Below, piece by piece: positions 17,605 through 26,142 of a DNA stretch of 43,161 nt; position 1 is the first letter of the stretch; every line of letters begins with the position of its first letter. This DNA comes from an uncultured Oscillospiraceae bacterium (GTDB lineage Bacteria; Bacillota; Clostridia; Oscillospirales; Ruminococcaceae). The notes beneath the pieces were generated by a model that was not told the DNA's origin, made no database searches, and saw only the letters and a list, made by a program, of their open reading frames with translations. Where the stretch lies: positions 3,425 through 46,585 of the forward strand of contig CAYZSR010000001.1 in NCBI GenBank assembly GCA_964479715.1. The letters run 5' to 3'. The position numbers and the translations under genes are program-made.

Positions 17605-17661
17605 CTTTAATTGGTACATGTTGCCAATTTGTAAACACAGCATCCTGAGGAGTGAAGCGCA

Positions 17662-19188
17662 ATGGACTATGTGATTGAAATGAACAATATTACTAAAATT
17701 TTCCCCGGTGTTGTGGCGAACGACAACGTAACGCTGCAACTGAAAAAAGGGGAAATTCATGCGCTGCTAGGCGAAAACGGTGCCGGTAAATCCACCTTAA
17801 TGAGTATTTTGTTTGGTCTTTATAAAGCCGACGGCGGCGTTATAAAGAAAAACGGCGTTGAAGTGGATATAAACGGCCCCTACAGCGCAACGGAACTTGG
17901 CATCGGCATGGTGCACCAGCACTTTATGTTGGTGCAAGACTTTACCGTGCTGGAAAACATTATTCTTGGCGACGAAAGCACCCGCTACGGCGTGCTGCAA
18001 ATGGACGAGGCAAAGCACAAGGTGCAGTCGCTTTCGGACCAATACGGGTTGATGATTAACCCCGACGCCAAAATATATGACATCACCGTCGGCGCGCAGC
18101 AACGGGTGGAAATATTGAAAATGCTTTACCGAGATAACGAAATACTTATCTTTGACGAGCCCACCGCCGTGCTGACGCCGCAAGAAATTGACGAGCTGAT
18201 GAATATTATGGAGGACCTCGCAGCGGAGGGTAAATCCATTCTATTTATCACCCACAAACTAGACGAAATTAAACGGGTGGCAGACCGGGTTACGGTGCTG
18301 CGCAAAGGGCAATACATCGGCACCGCCGACGTAGAGGGAACCACCAAAGAACAGCTGAGCGAAATGATGGTGGGGCGTAAAGTAAGCCTGGAGGTTGAAA
18401 AACCACCCGTTCAACTGGGTGAAGCGATACTGACGGTAGACCGTTTATCGGTTAAAAGCGAGCACACCAGCAAAAACGTAGTGAACGACGTAAGCTTTGA
18501 AGTGCGCGCCGGCGAAATTGTTTGTATTGCCGGCATCGACGGCAACGGGCAAAGCGAGCTTGTCTACGCTTTAACCGGCATGATGCCCCTTGAACAAGGC
18601 AGCGTTTCACTGAAAGGGCATGACATCACCAACCACAGCATTCGCCAGCGGTTTAAAGACGGTGTCTCACACATACCGGAAGACCGCCATAAACACGGCT
18701 TGGTGCTGGATTATAACTTGGCTTATAACCTCGTGCTTCAAAGCTATTACAAACCACGTTTTGAGCGGGCAGGATTTTTAAAATACGACGAGATTTACGA
18801 GTACGCCGACGAACTGATTGAAAAGTACGACATCCGCAGTGGGCAAGGCGGCGAAACCATTGTACGCAGCATGTCGGGCGGCAACCAGCAAAAAGCTATT
18901 TTAGCGCGCGAGCTGGAAAACAACCCCGATTTGGTTATTGCGGTGCAACCCACCCGTGGGCTAGACGTTGGCGCCATTGAGTATATTCATGCCCAGCTGG
19001 TTGAAGAACGCACAAACGGCAAAGGTGTTTTACTTGTTTCTTTAGAGCTGGAAGAAGTAATGAATGTAAGCGACCGGATACTGGTTCTTTTTGAAGGGGA
19101 AATTGTGGCCGACTTAGACCCCAAAAAGGTTACCTTCCAAGAACTTGGTCTTTATATGTCCGGTGCCAAAAGGGAGGAAAGAGCATGA
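17662..19188 (+). CDS. Nucleoside/sugar-type ABC transporter ATP-binding protein (duplicated ATPase domains)
   Basis: The first domain has GENGAGKSTL and LIFDEPTA. The second has GIDGNGQSEL, LSGGNQQK and VQPTRGLDVGA. The protein is 508 aa. Confidence 0.92.
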   Translation: MDYVIEMNNITKIFPGVVANDNVTLQLKKGEIHALLGENGAGKSTLMSILFGLYKADGGVIKKNGVEVDINGPYSATELGIGMVHQHFMLVQDFTVLENIILGDESTRYGVLQMDEAKHKVQSLSDQYGLMINPDAKIYDITVGAQQRVEILKMLYRDNEILIFDEPTAVLTPQEIDELMNIMEDLAAEGKSILFITHKLDEIKRVADRVTVLRKGQYIGTADVEGTTKEQLSEMMVGRKVSLEVEKPPVQLGEAILTVDRLSVKSEHTSKNVVNDVSFEVRAGEIVCIAGIDGNGQSELVYALTGMMPLEQGSVSLKGHDITNHSIRQRFKDGVSHIPEDRHKHGLVLDYNLAYNLVLQSYYKPRFERAGFLKYDEIYEYADELIEKYDIRSGQGGETIVRSMSGGNQQKAILARELENNPDLVIAVQPTRGLDVGAIEYIHAQLVEERTNGKGVLLVSLELEEVMNVSDRILVLFEGEIVADLDPKKVTFQELGLYMSGAKREERA

Positions 19189-20336
19189 GACAACGTTTAA
19201 GCGATACCGTCTCCAGCGAAAACTTTTCTGACCTGCTATCTTCTCTGCTGGCCATTTTAGCGGGATTGTTGGTTGGGTTTATTATTTTGCTGGTTAGCAA
19301 CCCATCGGAAGCGGTGGGCGGCTTTTTAGCCATTCTAACCGGGGCTTTTAAAGATATGAAAAGCCTTGGTCAAGTGTTATATTTTGCCACCCCTATTATT
19401 ATGACCGGTTTAAGTGTGGCGTTTGCCAACAAAACCGGGCTGTTTAACATCGGCGCGTCGGGGCAATTTATTGTCGGCGCCTATGTGGCTATTTACATCG
19501 GGGTACAATTTACCTTCTTGCCGGGGCTGTTGCGCCTGCTGGTCTCTTTACTGGGCGCTTTGCTTGCGGGGGCCATTTGGGGCAGTGTACCCGGGCTTTT
19601 AAAGGCCTACTACAACGTTAACGAGGTTATCTCTTGCATTATGATGAACTACATCGGCATGTACTTTGTTAACTTTATGATTAAACGCACCGTCTTCGAT
19701 TCTCTTAAAAACCAAAGCAAACGGGTACCCAGCGTGGCCAATCTGCCCCGCCTTGGTATGGATAAAATTTTCCAAACGGGCGGCAGCTCTTCCAGTGCCG
19801 GCGCCGGTATTTTTGTTGCTGTATTGATGGCGATACTCATCGCCGTTATCTTATCTAAAACCACCTTCGGCTATGAGCTTAAAGCCGTTGGCTTAAACCG
19901 TGAAGCGGCGTTCTACTCCGGCATCAACCAAAACCGCAGCATCGTTATGTCGATGGTTATTGCGGGTGCCCTTGCCGGCCTTGGCGGCGCCCTCTTGTAC
20001 CTTGCCGGTTCCGGCAAAGGTATCGACGTGGTAGACGTGCTGGCAACCGAAGGGTTTGACGGCATACCGGTGGCGCTTCTTGCGCTGGACAACCCCATCG
20101 CCGTTATCTTCTCGGGGCTGTTTATCTCTTACCTGACGGTGGGCGGCTTCAGCATGCAGCTCTTTGATTTCGCGCCGGAGGTTATTGAAATAATCACCGC
20201 CGTTATCATCTATTTCAGCGCGCTGTCTCTATTGGTTAAAAACTTTATCGAGACGCGCCGCATCAAGCTGCAAAAGAGAATGGAGCCGGACATCCCCATT
20301 TCCCAACTAGGTGACGAGGAGGCGGAAAAACAATGA
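19185..20336 (+). CDS. ABC transporter permease (NupB/RnsC-like)
   Basis: It is a polytopic membrane protein. FNIGASGQF and LKAVGLNREAAFYSGI motifs are typical of the BMP-system permeases. The start overlaps the upstream stop (ATGA). Confidence 0.88.
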   Translation: MRQRLSDTVSSENFSDLLSSLLAILAGLLVGFIILLVSNPSEAVGGFLAILTGAFKDMKSLGQVLYFATPIIMTGLSVAFANKTGLFNIGASGQFIVGAYVAIYIGVQFTFLPGLLRLLVSLLGALLAGAIWGSVPGLLKAYYNVNEVISCIMMNYIGMYFVNFMIKRTVFDSLKNQSKRVPSVANLPRLGMDKIFQTGGSSSSAGAGIFVAVLMAILIAVILSKTTFGYELKAVGLNREAAFYSGINQNRSIVMSMVIAGALAGLGGALLYLAGSGKGIDVVDVLATEGFDGIPVALLALDNPIAVIFSGLFISYLTVGGFSMQLFDFAPEVIEIITAVIIYFSALSLLVKNFIETRRIKLQKRMEPDIPISQLGDEEAEKQ

Positions 20337-21286
20337 GTATCCTATACTTTTTAGTTCAACAAACGATGTATTTTTCAATACCGCTTCTAATTGTTGCTTT
20401 GGGCGGCATGTTCTCTGAGCGCAGCGGTGTTGTAAACATTGCGCTGGACGGCATTATGATAATGGGCGCCTTCACCGGCATACTCTTTATCAACGTTTTC
20501 CAAGACGCTATTCCCGGGCAACCGATACTGCTTTTGGCGCTGATTATCGCCGCGGTTACCGGCATGATTGTATCCCTTGCCCATGGTTACGCAGCCATCC
20601 ACATGAAAGCCAACCAAGTTATCAGCGGCACCGCCATCAACATGTTTGCTCCGGCGTTTGCCATTTATGTAACCCGTATGCTGCGCACCGTTCAACAAAT
20701 TCCTTTCGTCAACCAATTTAGAATTAAAAGCGTGCCGGTGCTGGGCAAAATACCGGTACTGGGCCCGCTGCTGTTTCAAAACACTTATATCACCACCTAC
20801 CTTGGCTTTTTAATACTGCTTATTGCGTGGTTTGTTCTGTATAAAACCCGCTTTGGGCTGCGCCTGCGTGCCTGTGGTGAACACCCGCACGCCGCCGATA
20901 GCGTTGGCATCAATGTGTACCGCATGCGGTACAGCGGCGTTTTAATCTCCGGTGCGCTGGGTGGCATTGGTGGGCTGGTCTTTATTATTCCCACCTCCAC
21001 CAACTTTAACGCCACCGTTGCCGGTTACGGTTTCTTGGCGCTGGCGGTACTTATCTTTGGCCAATGGCGCCCGGGACGTATTGTGCTGGCGGCGTTCTTC
21101 TTCGGCCTGATGAAAGCCGTTGCGTCGTCTTACTCCGGCATTGAAATTCTGCGCAACATCCCCATCCCGAGTGAAGTATACAAAATGATTCCTTACATCG
21201 CCACGTTGATTGTACTGGCGTTTACCTCGAAAGAATCGGCGGCGCCGAAAGCTGCCGGCATACCGTATGACAAAGGCGGGCAGTAA
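20333..21286 (+). CDS. ABC transporter permease (NupC/RnsD-like)
   Basis: It is a polytopic membrane protein. SERSGVVNIALDGIM and LRACGEHPHAADSVGINV motifs are present. The start overlaps the upstream stop (ATGA). Confidence 0.88.
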   Translation: MSILYFLVQQTMYFSIPLLIVALGGMFSERSGVVNIALDGIMIMGAFTGILFINVFQDAIPGQPILLLALIIAAVTGMIVSLAHGYAAIHMKANQVISGTAINMFAPAFAIYVTRMLRTVQQIPFVNQFRIKSVPVLGKIPVLGPLLFQNTYITTYLGFLILLIAWFVLYKTRFGLRLRACGEHPHAADSVGINVYRMRYSGVLISGALGGIGGLVFIIPTSTNFNATVAGYGFLALAVLIFGQWRPGRIVLAAFFFGLMKAVASSYSGIEILRNIPIPSEVYKMIPYIATLIVLAFTSKESAAPKAAGIPYDKGGQ

Positions 21287-21317
21287 CGCCCACCACCACT
21301 TTTAGGAGTGTGCTTTT

Positions 21318-22637
21318 ATGCGAATGTATGATTTGTTGATGCAAAAAAAGCATCAGCAAGCGCTGTCTGAAGAACAAATTAACTTTTTTATTGCCGGCTA
21401 CACCAAAGGAGACATTCCCGATTACCAAGCCTCCGCCTTATTAATGGCCATCAGCATGGCCGGCATGAACCAAGATGAAACCGCCTTTTTAACCGACGCC
21501 ATGGCACGCTCCGGCGATATGGTGGACCTTTCCCCCATTCCCGGCATTAAAGTAGACAAGCACAGCACCGGCGGCGTGGGTGACAAAACCACTCTCATCA
21601 TCGGCCCGATGGTCGCCGCGTGCGGCGTGCCGGTAGCTAAAATGTCCGGCCGCGGGCTGGGGCACACCGGTGGCACCGTTGACAAGCTGGAGTCCATCCC
21701 CGGCTTGCAAACGGAAATACCCACCAAACGCTTTTTTGACATTGTGCGCAAAACAGGACTGGCGGTTATTGGGCAAAGCGGCAACATCGCCCCCGCCGAC
21801 AAAAAACTTTACGCATTGCGCGATGTAACCGCCACGGTAGACAGCATTCCCCTTATTGCGTCGTCTATCATGAGCAAGAAACTTGCCTCCGGCGCCGACG
21901 CTATTTTGCTGGACGTTAAAACCGGCAGCGGCGCCTTTATGAAAACGCTGGACGATTCCATTGCGCTGGCCGAGGCGATGGTTTCCATCGGCGCCAAAAC
22001 CGGCCGCAACACCCAAGCGCTGGTAACCAACATGAACCAGCCGCTGGGTAACGCCATCGGCAACGCCATTGAAATTATCGAGGCGATAGACACCTTAAAA
22101 GGCAATGGCCCCGAGGACATTACCGAAATATGCATTGAGCTTGCCGCCGGCATGTTGGTGCTGGCAGACAAAGGCTCCCTTGATGAGTGCCGCGCCATGG
22201 CAAAAGACACCATCGACAGCGGCAAAGCGCTGGAACATTTTAAAGCCATGGTGCACGAACAGGGCGGCGACGAGACCGCCGTGGACGACACCAGCAAACT
22301 GCCGCAAGCGTCGGTTATAACGGCGTACAGCGCTACCTCAGACGGGGTTATCACCGCCATTGAGACAGAGCTGTGCGGCGTTGCCTCTGCCGAGCTGGGT
22401 GCCGGGCGCCTTGTGAAAGACGCCCCCATCGACCACGGCGCCGGCATTGTCTTAAAGAAAAAACCGGGCGACAGCGTTTCCGCCGGCGAAACCATCGCCA
22501 TGTTGCACACCAACGACGCCGCCAAAGTAAAAAGTGCCAAAGAAATTTTGGATAGAGCGTACACCATCGGTGTGGCGCCGGCCGCTGAAAAGCTGATTCA
22601 AGCGCGCATTACACCGAACGGCGTAGAAAAGTACTGA
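21318..22637 (+). CDS. pdp: Pyrimidine-nucleoside (thymidine) phosphorylase
   Basis: MYDLLMQKK...LSEEQINFFIAGYTKGDIPDYQASALLMAI...DKHSTGGVGDKTTL...SGRGLGHTGGTVDKLESIPG is canonical. Confidence 0.95.
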   Translation: MRMYDLLMQKKHQQALSEEQINFFIAGYTKGDIPDYQASALLMAISMAGMNQDETAFLTDAMARSGDMVDLSPIPGIKVDKHSTGGVGDKTTLIIGPMVAACGVPVAKMSGRGLGHTGGTVDKLESIPGLQTEIPTKRFFDIVRKTGLAVIGQSGNIAPADKKLYALRDVTATVDSIPLIASSIMSKKLASGADAILLDVKTGSGAFMKTLDDSIALAEAMVSIGAKTGRNTQALVTNMNQPLGNAIGNAIEIIEAIDTLKGNGPEDITEICIELAAGMLVLADKGSLDECRAMAKDTIDSGKALEHFKAMVHEQGGDETAVDDTSKLPQASVITAYSATSDGVITAIETELCGVASAELGAGRLVKDAPIDHGAGIVLKKKPGDSVSAGETIAMLHTNDAAKVKSAKEILDRAYTIGVAPAAEKLIQARITPNGVEKY

Positions 22638-22660
22638 TTGCCACCGTTAGCACGTAAATG

Positions 22661-22696
22661 CCCCGCCCGCCGAGTTTTCGGCGAGCGGGGTTTTTA
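22661..22696 (+). terminator. Intrinsic terminator closing the nucleoside operon
   Basis: CCCCGCcCGCCGA-gttt-TCGGCGaGCGGGG followed by TTTTTATT. Confidence 0.85.
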
Positions 22697-23024
22697 TTGT
22701 AATATTATAATCTTTTGCTGTATAATTTTACACAGTATGGCAACGCCTCTTTTCAGCGTAACAGGGTGCCCCAGCACCACACACACCGATAAATCGATGG
22801 TTTTAGCGCATTTTTGCCAAAGTTTACCTAAAGCGCCATCTTGCGTTGTGCTTTATCGGCAAAATTATTGTTTTTTTGTCGGATTTTTTGGTCACTATCG
22901 CTTGTACAAAGTGGAGTGACTATGATATTATATACTTTAATCCTTTTTAATGTGATGCGAAAATAAGCAATAATAAAGGGGATTGTACGCATCGTAAAGG
23001 GACACTTTAGGTATGGAGGAGACT

Positions 23025-23666
23025 ATGCAAAAACAACGTTTCAGCACACGAAGTATGGCGCAGTTTTCCATTTTGCTTGCCATTGAAGCCATTTTCTGTT
23101 TTACACCGCTTGGCTCGCTGCCGGCCATTGGGCCGATAGTGGCCACGCTGGCGATGATTCCGGTGGTGCTTACCGCCATTTTAATGGGCACCGCCGCCGG
23201 CAGCTTAATGGGCTTTTTTGCGGGATTGTTCAGCTTTATCGTTTGGTCTTTTATGACACCCAACCCGCTTATCGCCTTTGTATTTACGCCGTTTTACCCG
23301 CCCGGTAACTTTTTCAGCGTTCTTATTGTTTTTGTGCCACGCATTTTGGTGGGCACCGTTGCCGGCCTTGTTTATAAGGGTATGAAAAACCTTAAAGGAC
23401 GCGCCAACTGGCTGGCTTATTTTGCCTCCGGCTTTTTAGGCAGCCTAGTTAACACCATTGGTGTTATGGGCGGCATTTGGCTGTTCTTTGGCGATGTTTA
23501 CGCCCACACTTTGGGTGAGGTTATCACCTACATCATCGGCTTTACCATTCTAACCAGCGGCCTACCGGAAGCGGTTATTTGTGCACTGGTTGCGGTGTTT
23601 GTAGCGCGCCCCATTCAACGCGCTATGGCACGCTCTTCAAGAGGTAACGGCGGCGCCGCGGCGTAA
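23025..23666 (+). CDS. ECF-transporter substrate-capture (S) component, substrate unknown
   Basis: The protein has about six TM segments. The N-terminal FSTRSMAQFSILLAIEAIFCFTPLGSLPAIGPIVATLAMIPVVLTAILMGTAAGSLMGFFAGLFSFI resembles ECF_trnsprt S components. No ECF A or T genes are adjacent. I prefer ATG 23025 (GGAGG 5 nt upstream) over 23013. Confidence 0.55.
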   Translation: MQKQRFSTRSMAQFSILLAIEAIFCFTPLGSLPAIGPIVATLAMIPVVLTAILMGTAAGSLMGFFAGLFSFIVWSFMTPNPLIAFVFTPFYPPGNFFSVLIVFVPRILVGTVAGLVYKGMKNLKGRANWLAYFASGFLGSLVNTIGVMGGIWLFFGDVYAHTLGEVITYIIGFTILTSGLPEAVICALVAVFVARPIQRAMARSSRGNGGAAA

Positions 23667-23819
23667 CCGCCAGCCCCATTTTACTCCATTTATCTTTACC
23701 GTATTTCCGTTATAGCATTTGGCGGGTAACAAATACGTTAACAACCAATAAACCCGGCTGTTTGCACTTGCACAGGCAAACAACCGGGTTTATTATTTTT
23801 TATCTATTAGCGCTGTAAT

Positions 23820-25004
23820 TTACTGCGCTGCTGTGAAAATATCGATGATTTCTTTTTCGCCCAACTCTTTGATGGCGCCGATGGTGCGGGTGTTGCCGTA
23901 GGTGCATTGCAGCGCCATTTGCTGAATTTCCCCGGCGGTTACTTCAATATCTGCTTCGGCCAGGCTGGTGGGTAGCTCAAGCGCCCAGAAAAACTCTTCC
24001 AGCGCTTCAATGCCAAGCTCGGCAAGGTGCGCTTCGTCGTCTGCATCGTCAAAGGGCACCTGCATCACATTTTCAGCAAAATCGGCAAAGCGCTCGATGT
24101 TCTCTTCATAAACATAGCGCGCCCAGCTGCCCCAAACAGCGGTTAGCGCCGCCCCGTGGGACATGTCATACCGTGCGCTGAGCACATGGCTTAGCTGGTG
24201 GCACGCCCAGTCTCCCCCGCCGCCGCCAAGACCGGTTAAATCGTTGTGAGAAAGGCTGCTTGCCCACATCACTTCGGCACGGGCGTCGTAATTTTCAGGC
24301 TCCCGCGTTAAAATGCGGGCGCTGTCTATCACGGTGCGCACCAGCGCGGCGGCAATGCCGTCGGTCAGCTGCATGGTTTGGTAGGGGGTGAAGTACCGCT
24401 CAACGGTGTGCAGAATAATGTCGGCGCAGCCGGCGGCGGTATGGTAAGCGGGCACGGTGGTGGTTAGCTGAGGGTTCATAACGGCAAAGCGGCAGCGGCA
24501 AATGTCGTTGCGCACGCCGCGCTTTTCGCCGCTTTCTTCGTCGGTTAAAACCGATGAGTTGCTCAGCTCACTGCCGGCGGCCGCCAAGGTAAGCACGGCG
24601 CCAACGGGCAGCGCTTTTTCAGGGGTGGCTTCGGCGGTGTAAAACCGCCACACGTCGGCGTCCGTTACGGCGCCGTAGGCAATGCCTTTGGCGGAGTCTA
24701 TCACGCTGCCGCCGCCCACCGCCAGCACAAAATCGACCTTTTCTTTTTTGCACAGCGCAGCGCCTTTACGCACCATTTCAACGGTGGGGTTTGGCACCAC
24801 GCCGCCCAGCGTTACATAGTCTACGCCGGCGTCTTTTAGCGATTGATAAACGGTGTCTAATACACCGGAGCGCTCAGCGCTGCCGCCGCCGTAATGCACC
24901 AGCACTTTTGTGGCGCCGTTTTGCGCTACTAAAGCGCCCGTTTCTTTTTCTACGTCCCGCCCAAAAACAACTTTGGTGGGTGAGTAATATTCAAAGTTAA
25001 GCAT
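23820..25004 (-). CDS. Iron-containing (group III) alcohol dehydrogenase, BdhA/YqhD-like
   Basis: FEYYSPTKVVFG...VLVHYGGGS...AVGGGSVIDSAKGIA...HxxxH-type metal-site context (SHVLSARYDMSHGAAL). I set the start to ATG 25004 (MLNFEY) because GGAGG lies 4 nt upstream; the ORF-track start is translated RBS. Confidence 0.85.
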   Translation of the reverse strand: MLNFEYYSPTKVVFGRDVEKETGALVAQNGATKVLVHYGGGSAERSGVLDTVYQSLKDAGVDYVTLGGVVPNPTVEMVRKGAALCKKEKVDFVLAVGGGSVIDSAKGIAYGAVTDADVWRFYTAEATPEKALPVGAVLTLAAAGSELSNSSVLTDEESGEKRGVRNDICRCRFAVMNPQLTTTVPAYHTAAGCADIILHTVERYFTPYQTMQLTDGIAAALVRTVIDSARILTREPENYDARAEVMWASSLSHNDLTGLGGGGGDWACHQLSHVLSARYDMSHGAALTAVWGSWARYVYEENIERFADFAENVMQVPFDDADDEAHLAELGIEALEEFFWALELPTSLAEADIEVTAGEIQQMALQCTYGNTRTIGAIKELGEKEIIDIFTAAQ

Positions 25005-25024
25005 AGTGCCTCCATACATTTGTA

Positions 25025-25055
25025 AAAAAGCGCGCTCATTGTGAACGCGCTTTTT
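25025..25055 (-). terminator. Intrinsic terminator after leuB, only about 20 nt upstream of the ADH start codon
   Basis: aaaaAAGCGCG-ctcattgtgaa-CGCGCTTtttt. On the minus-strand transcript it is a stem followed by a U-run. Confidence 0.7.
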
Positions 25056-25057
25056 GT

Positions 25058-26131
25058 TTATTCAATGGCTTTGCAAACCGCTTTGCCAAATTCTTTACAA
25101 CCAACAACCGCGTCGCCTTCGCGGGCTAAATCAGGCGTGCGCAGCCCTTCTTCAAGCACCCAGTTAACGGCTTGTTCAACGGCGTCTGCCTCGGCGTGCA
25201 GCCCAAAGGCGTAACGCAGCATCATCGCGGCGGATAGAATGGTACCGGCGGGATTAGCTTTGTCTTGCCCCGCAATATCCGGCGCCGAGCCATGAATCGG
25301 CTCGTACAAACCGGGGGTGCCTTTTTCCCCCAAACTGGCGGAAGGTATCATACCGATGGAACCGGTTATCATGCTTGCTTCGTCAGACAAAATGTCACCA
25401 AACAGGTTTTCGGTAACCAGTACGTCAAACCCGGCGGGGTTGCGCACAATTTGCATGGCGGCGTTGTCGACGTAAAGGCTGGTGTAGCGTACGTCGGGGT
25501 ATTCTTTAGCCACCCGCTCCAACGTTTTGCGCCACAGGCGGCTGGTATCCAGCACGTTGGCTTTGTCGACACTGGTAACGTGGCTGCGGCGCTCTCTCGC
25601 CGTTTGGAAGGCGATGTGTAAAATACGCTCTATCTCACTTTCGCTGTAGCTCATCACGTCGGTGGCAACCAGCTCGCCGTCTTTTTCTTCGGTGGTGTGG
25701 CGGCCGAAATAAACGCCGCCGATAAGCTCCCGCACAACGATAAAATCAATGGCTTCGGTTAAATCGCTGCGCAATGGGCTGGCGCTTCGCAGCGCGGGAA
25801 AAATGGTGGCGGGGCGCAGGTTGGCATAAAGCCCCAACCCTTTGCGCAAACCAAGCAACCCTTTTTCGGGGCGCTCGTCGCCGGGCAGGTGCTCCCATTG
25901 CGGGCCGCCCACTGCGCCCAGCAGCACCGCGTCGGCGTCGCGGCAAGCGGCCAACGTTTGCCGCGGTAGCGGCGTGCCGTCTGCGTTGATGGCTTCGCCG
26001 CCAAGGCGCACCGTCTGATAGGTAAAGCGATGTTGATATTTTTCTTCTATAACGCTGAGTACCGCCAGCGCCTCGTCTATAATTTCAGGGCCGATACCGT
26101 CCCCTTTGATAACCGCAATTGTCTTTTCCAT
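25058..26131 (-). CDS. leuB: 3-isopropylmalate dehydrogenase
   Basis: IAVIKGDGIGPEI...GAVGGPQW...LRKGLGLYANLRP...NLFGDILSDEASMITGSIGMIPSASL...YEPIHGSAPDIAG is canonical. Confidence 0.96.
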   Translation of the reverse strand: MEKTIAVIKGDGIGPEIIDEALAVLSVIEEKYQHRFTYQTVRLGGEAINADGTPLPRQTLAACRDADAVLLGAVGGPQWEHLPGDERPEKGLLGLRKGLGLYANLRPATIFPALRSASPLRSDLTEAIDFIVVRELIGGVYFGRHTTEEKDGELVATDVMSYSESEIERILHIAFQTARERRSHVTSVDKANVLDTSRLWRKTLERVAKEYPDVRYTSLYVDNAAMQIVRNPAGFDVLVTENLFGDILSDEASMITGSIGMIPSASLGEKGTPGLYEPIHGSAPDIAGQDKANPAGTILSAAMMLRYAFGLHAEADAVEQAVNWVLEEGLRTPDLAREGDAVVGCKEFGKAVCKAIE

Positions 26132-26142
26132 GCTTCCTCCGT

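Noticed and set aside
22638-22919. A 93 aa plus-strand ORF immediately after pdp.
   Set aside because: It begins inside the pdp stop/terminator region and reads straight through the terminator hairpin. It has no RBS and has a Cys/Phe-rich nonsense composition. It is most likely non-coding leader DNA.
22697-23024. An FMN, TPP, cobalamin, THF, preQ1 or purine riboswitch upstream of the ECF S-component.
   Set aside because: I looked for the characteristic conserved cores: the GGGTGAAATTCCC and AGTCTGGATGGGAGA-type FMN strings, CTGAGA/ACCTGATCTGGATAATGCCAGC for TPP, and the GCCACTG B12 box. I found none. The region stays in the findings only as an unclassified leader.
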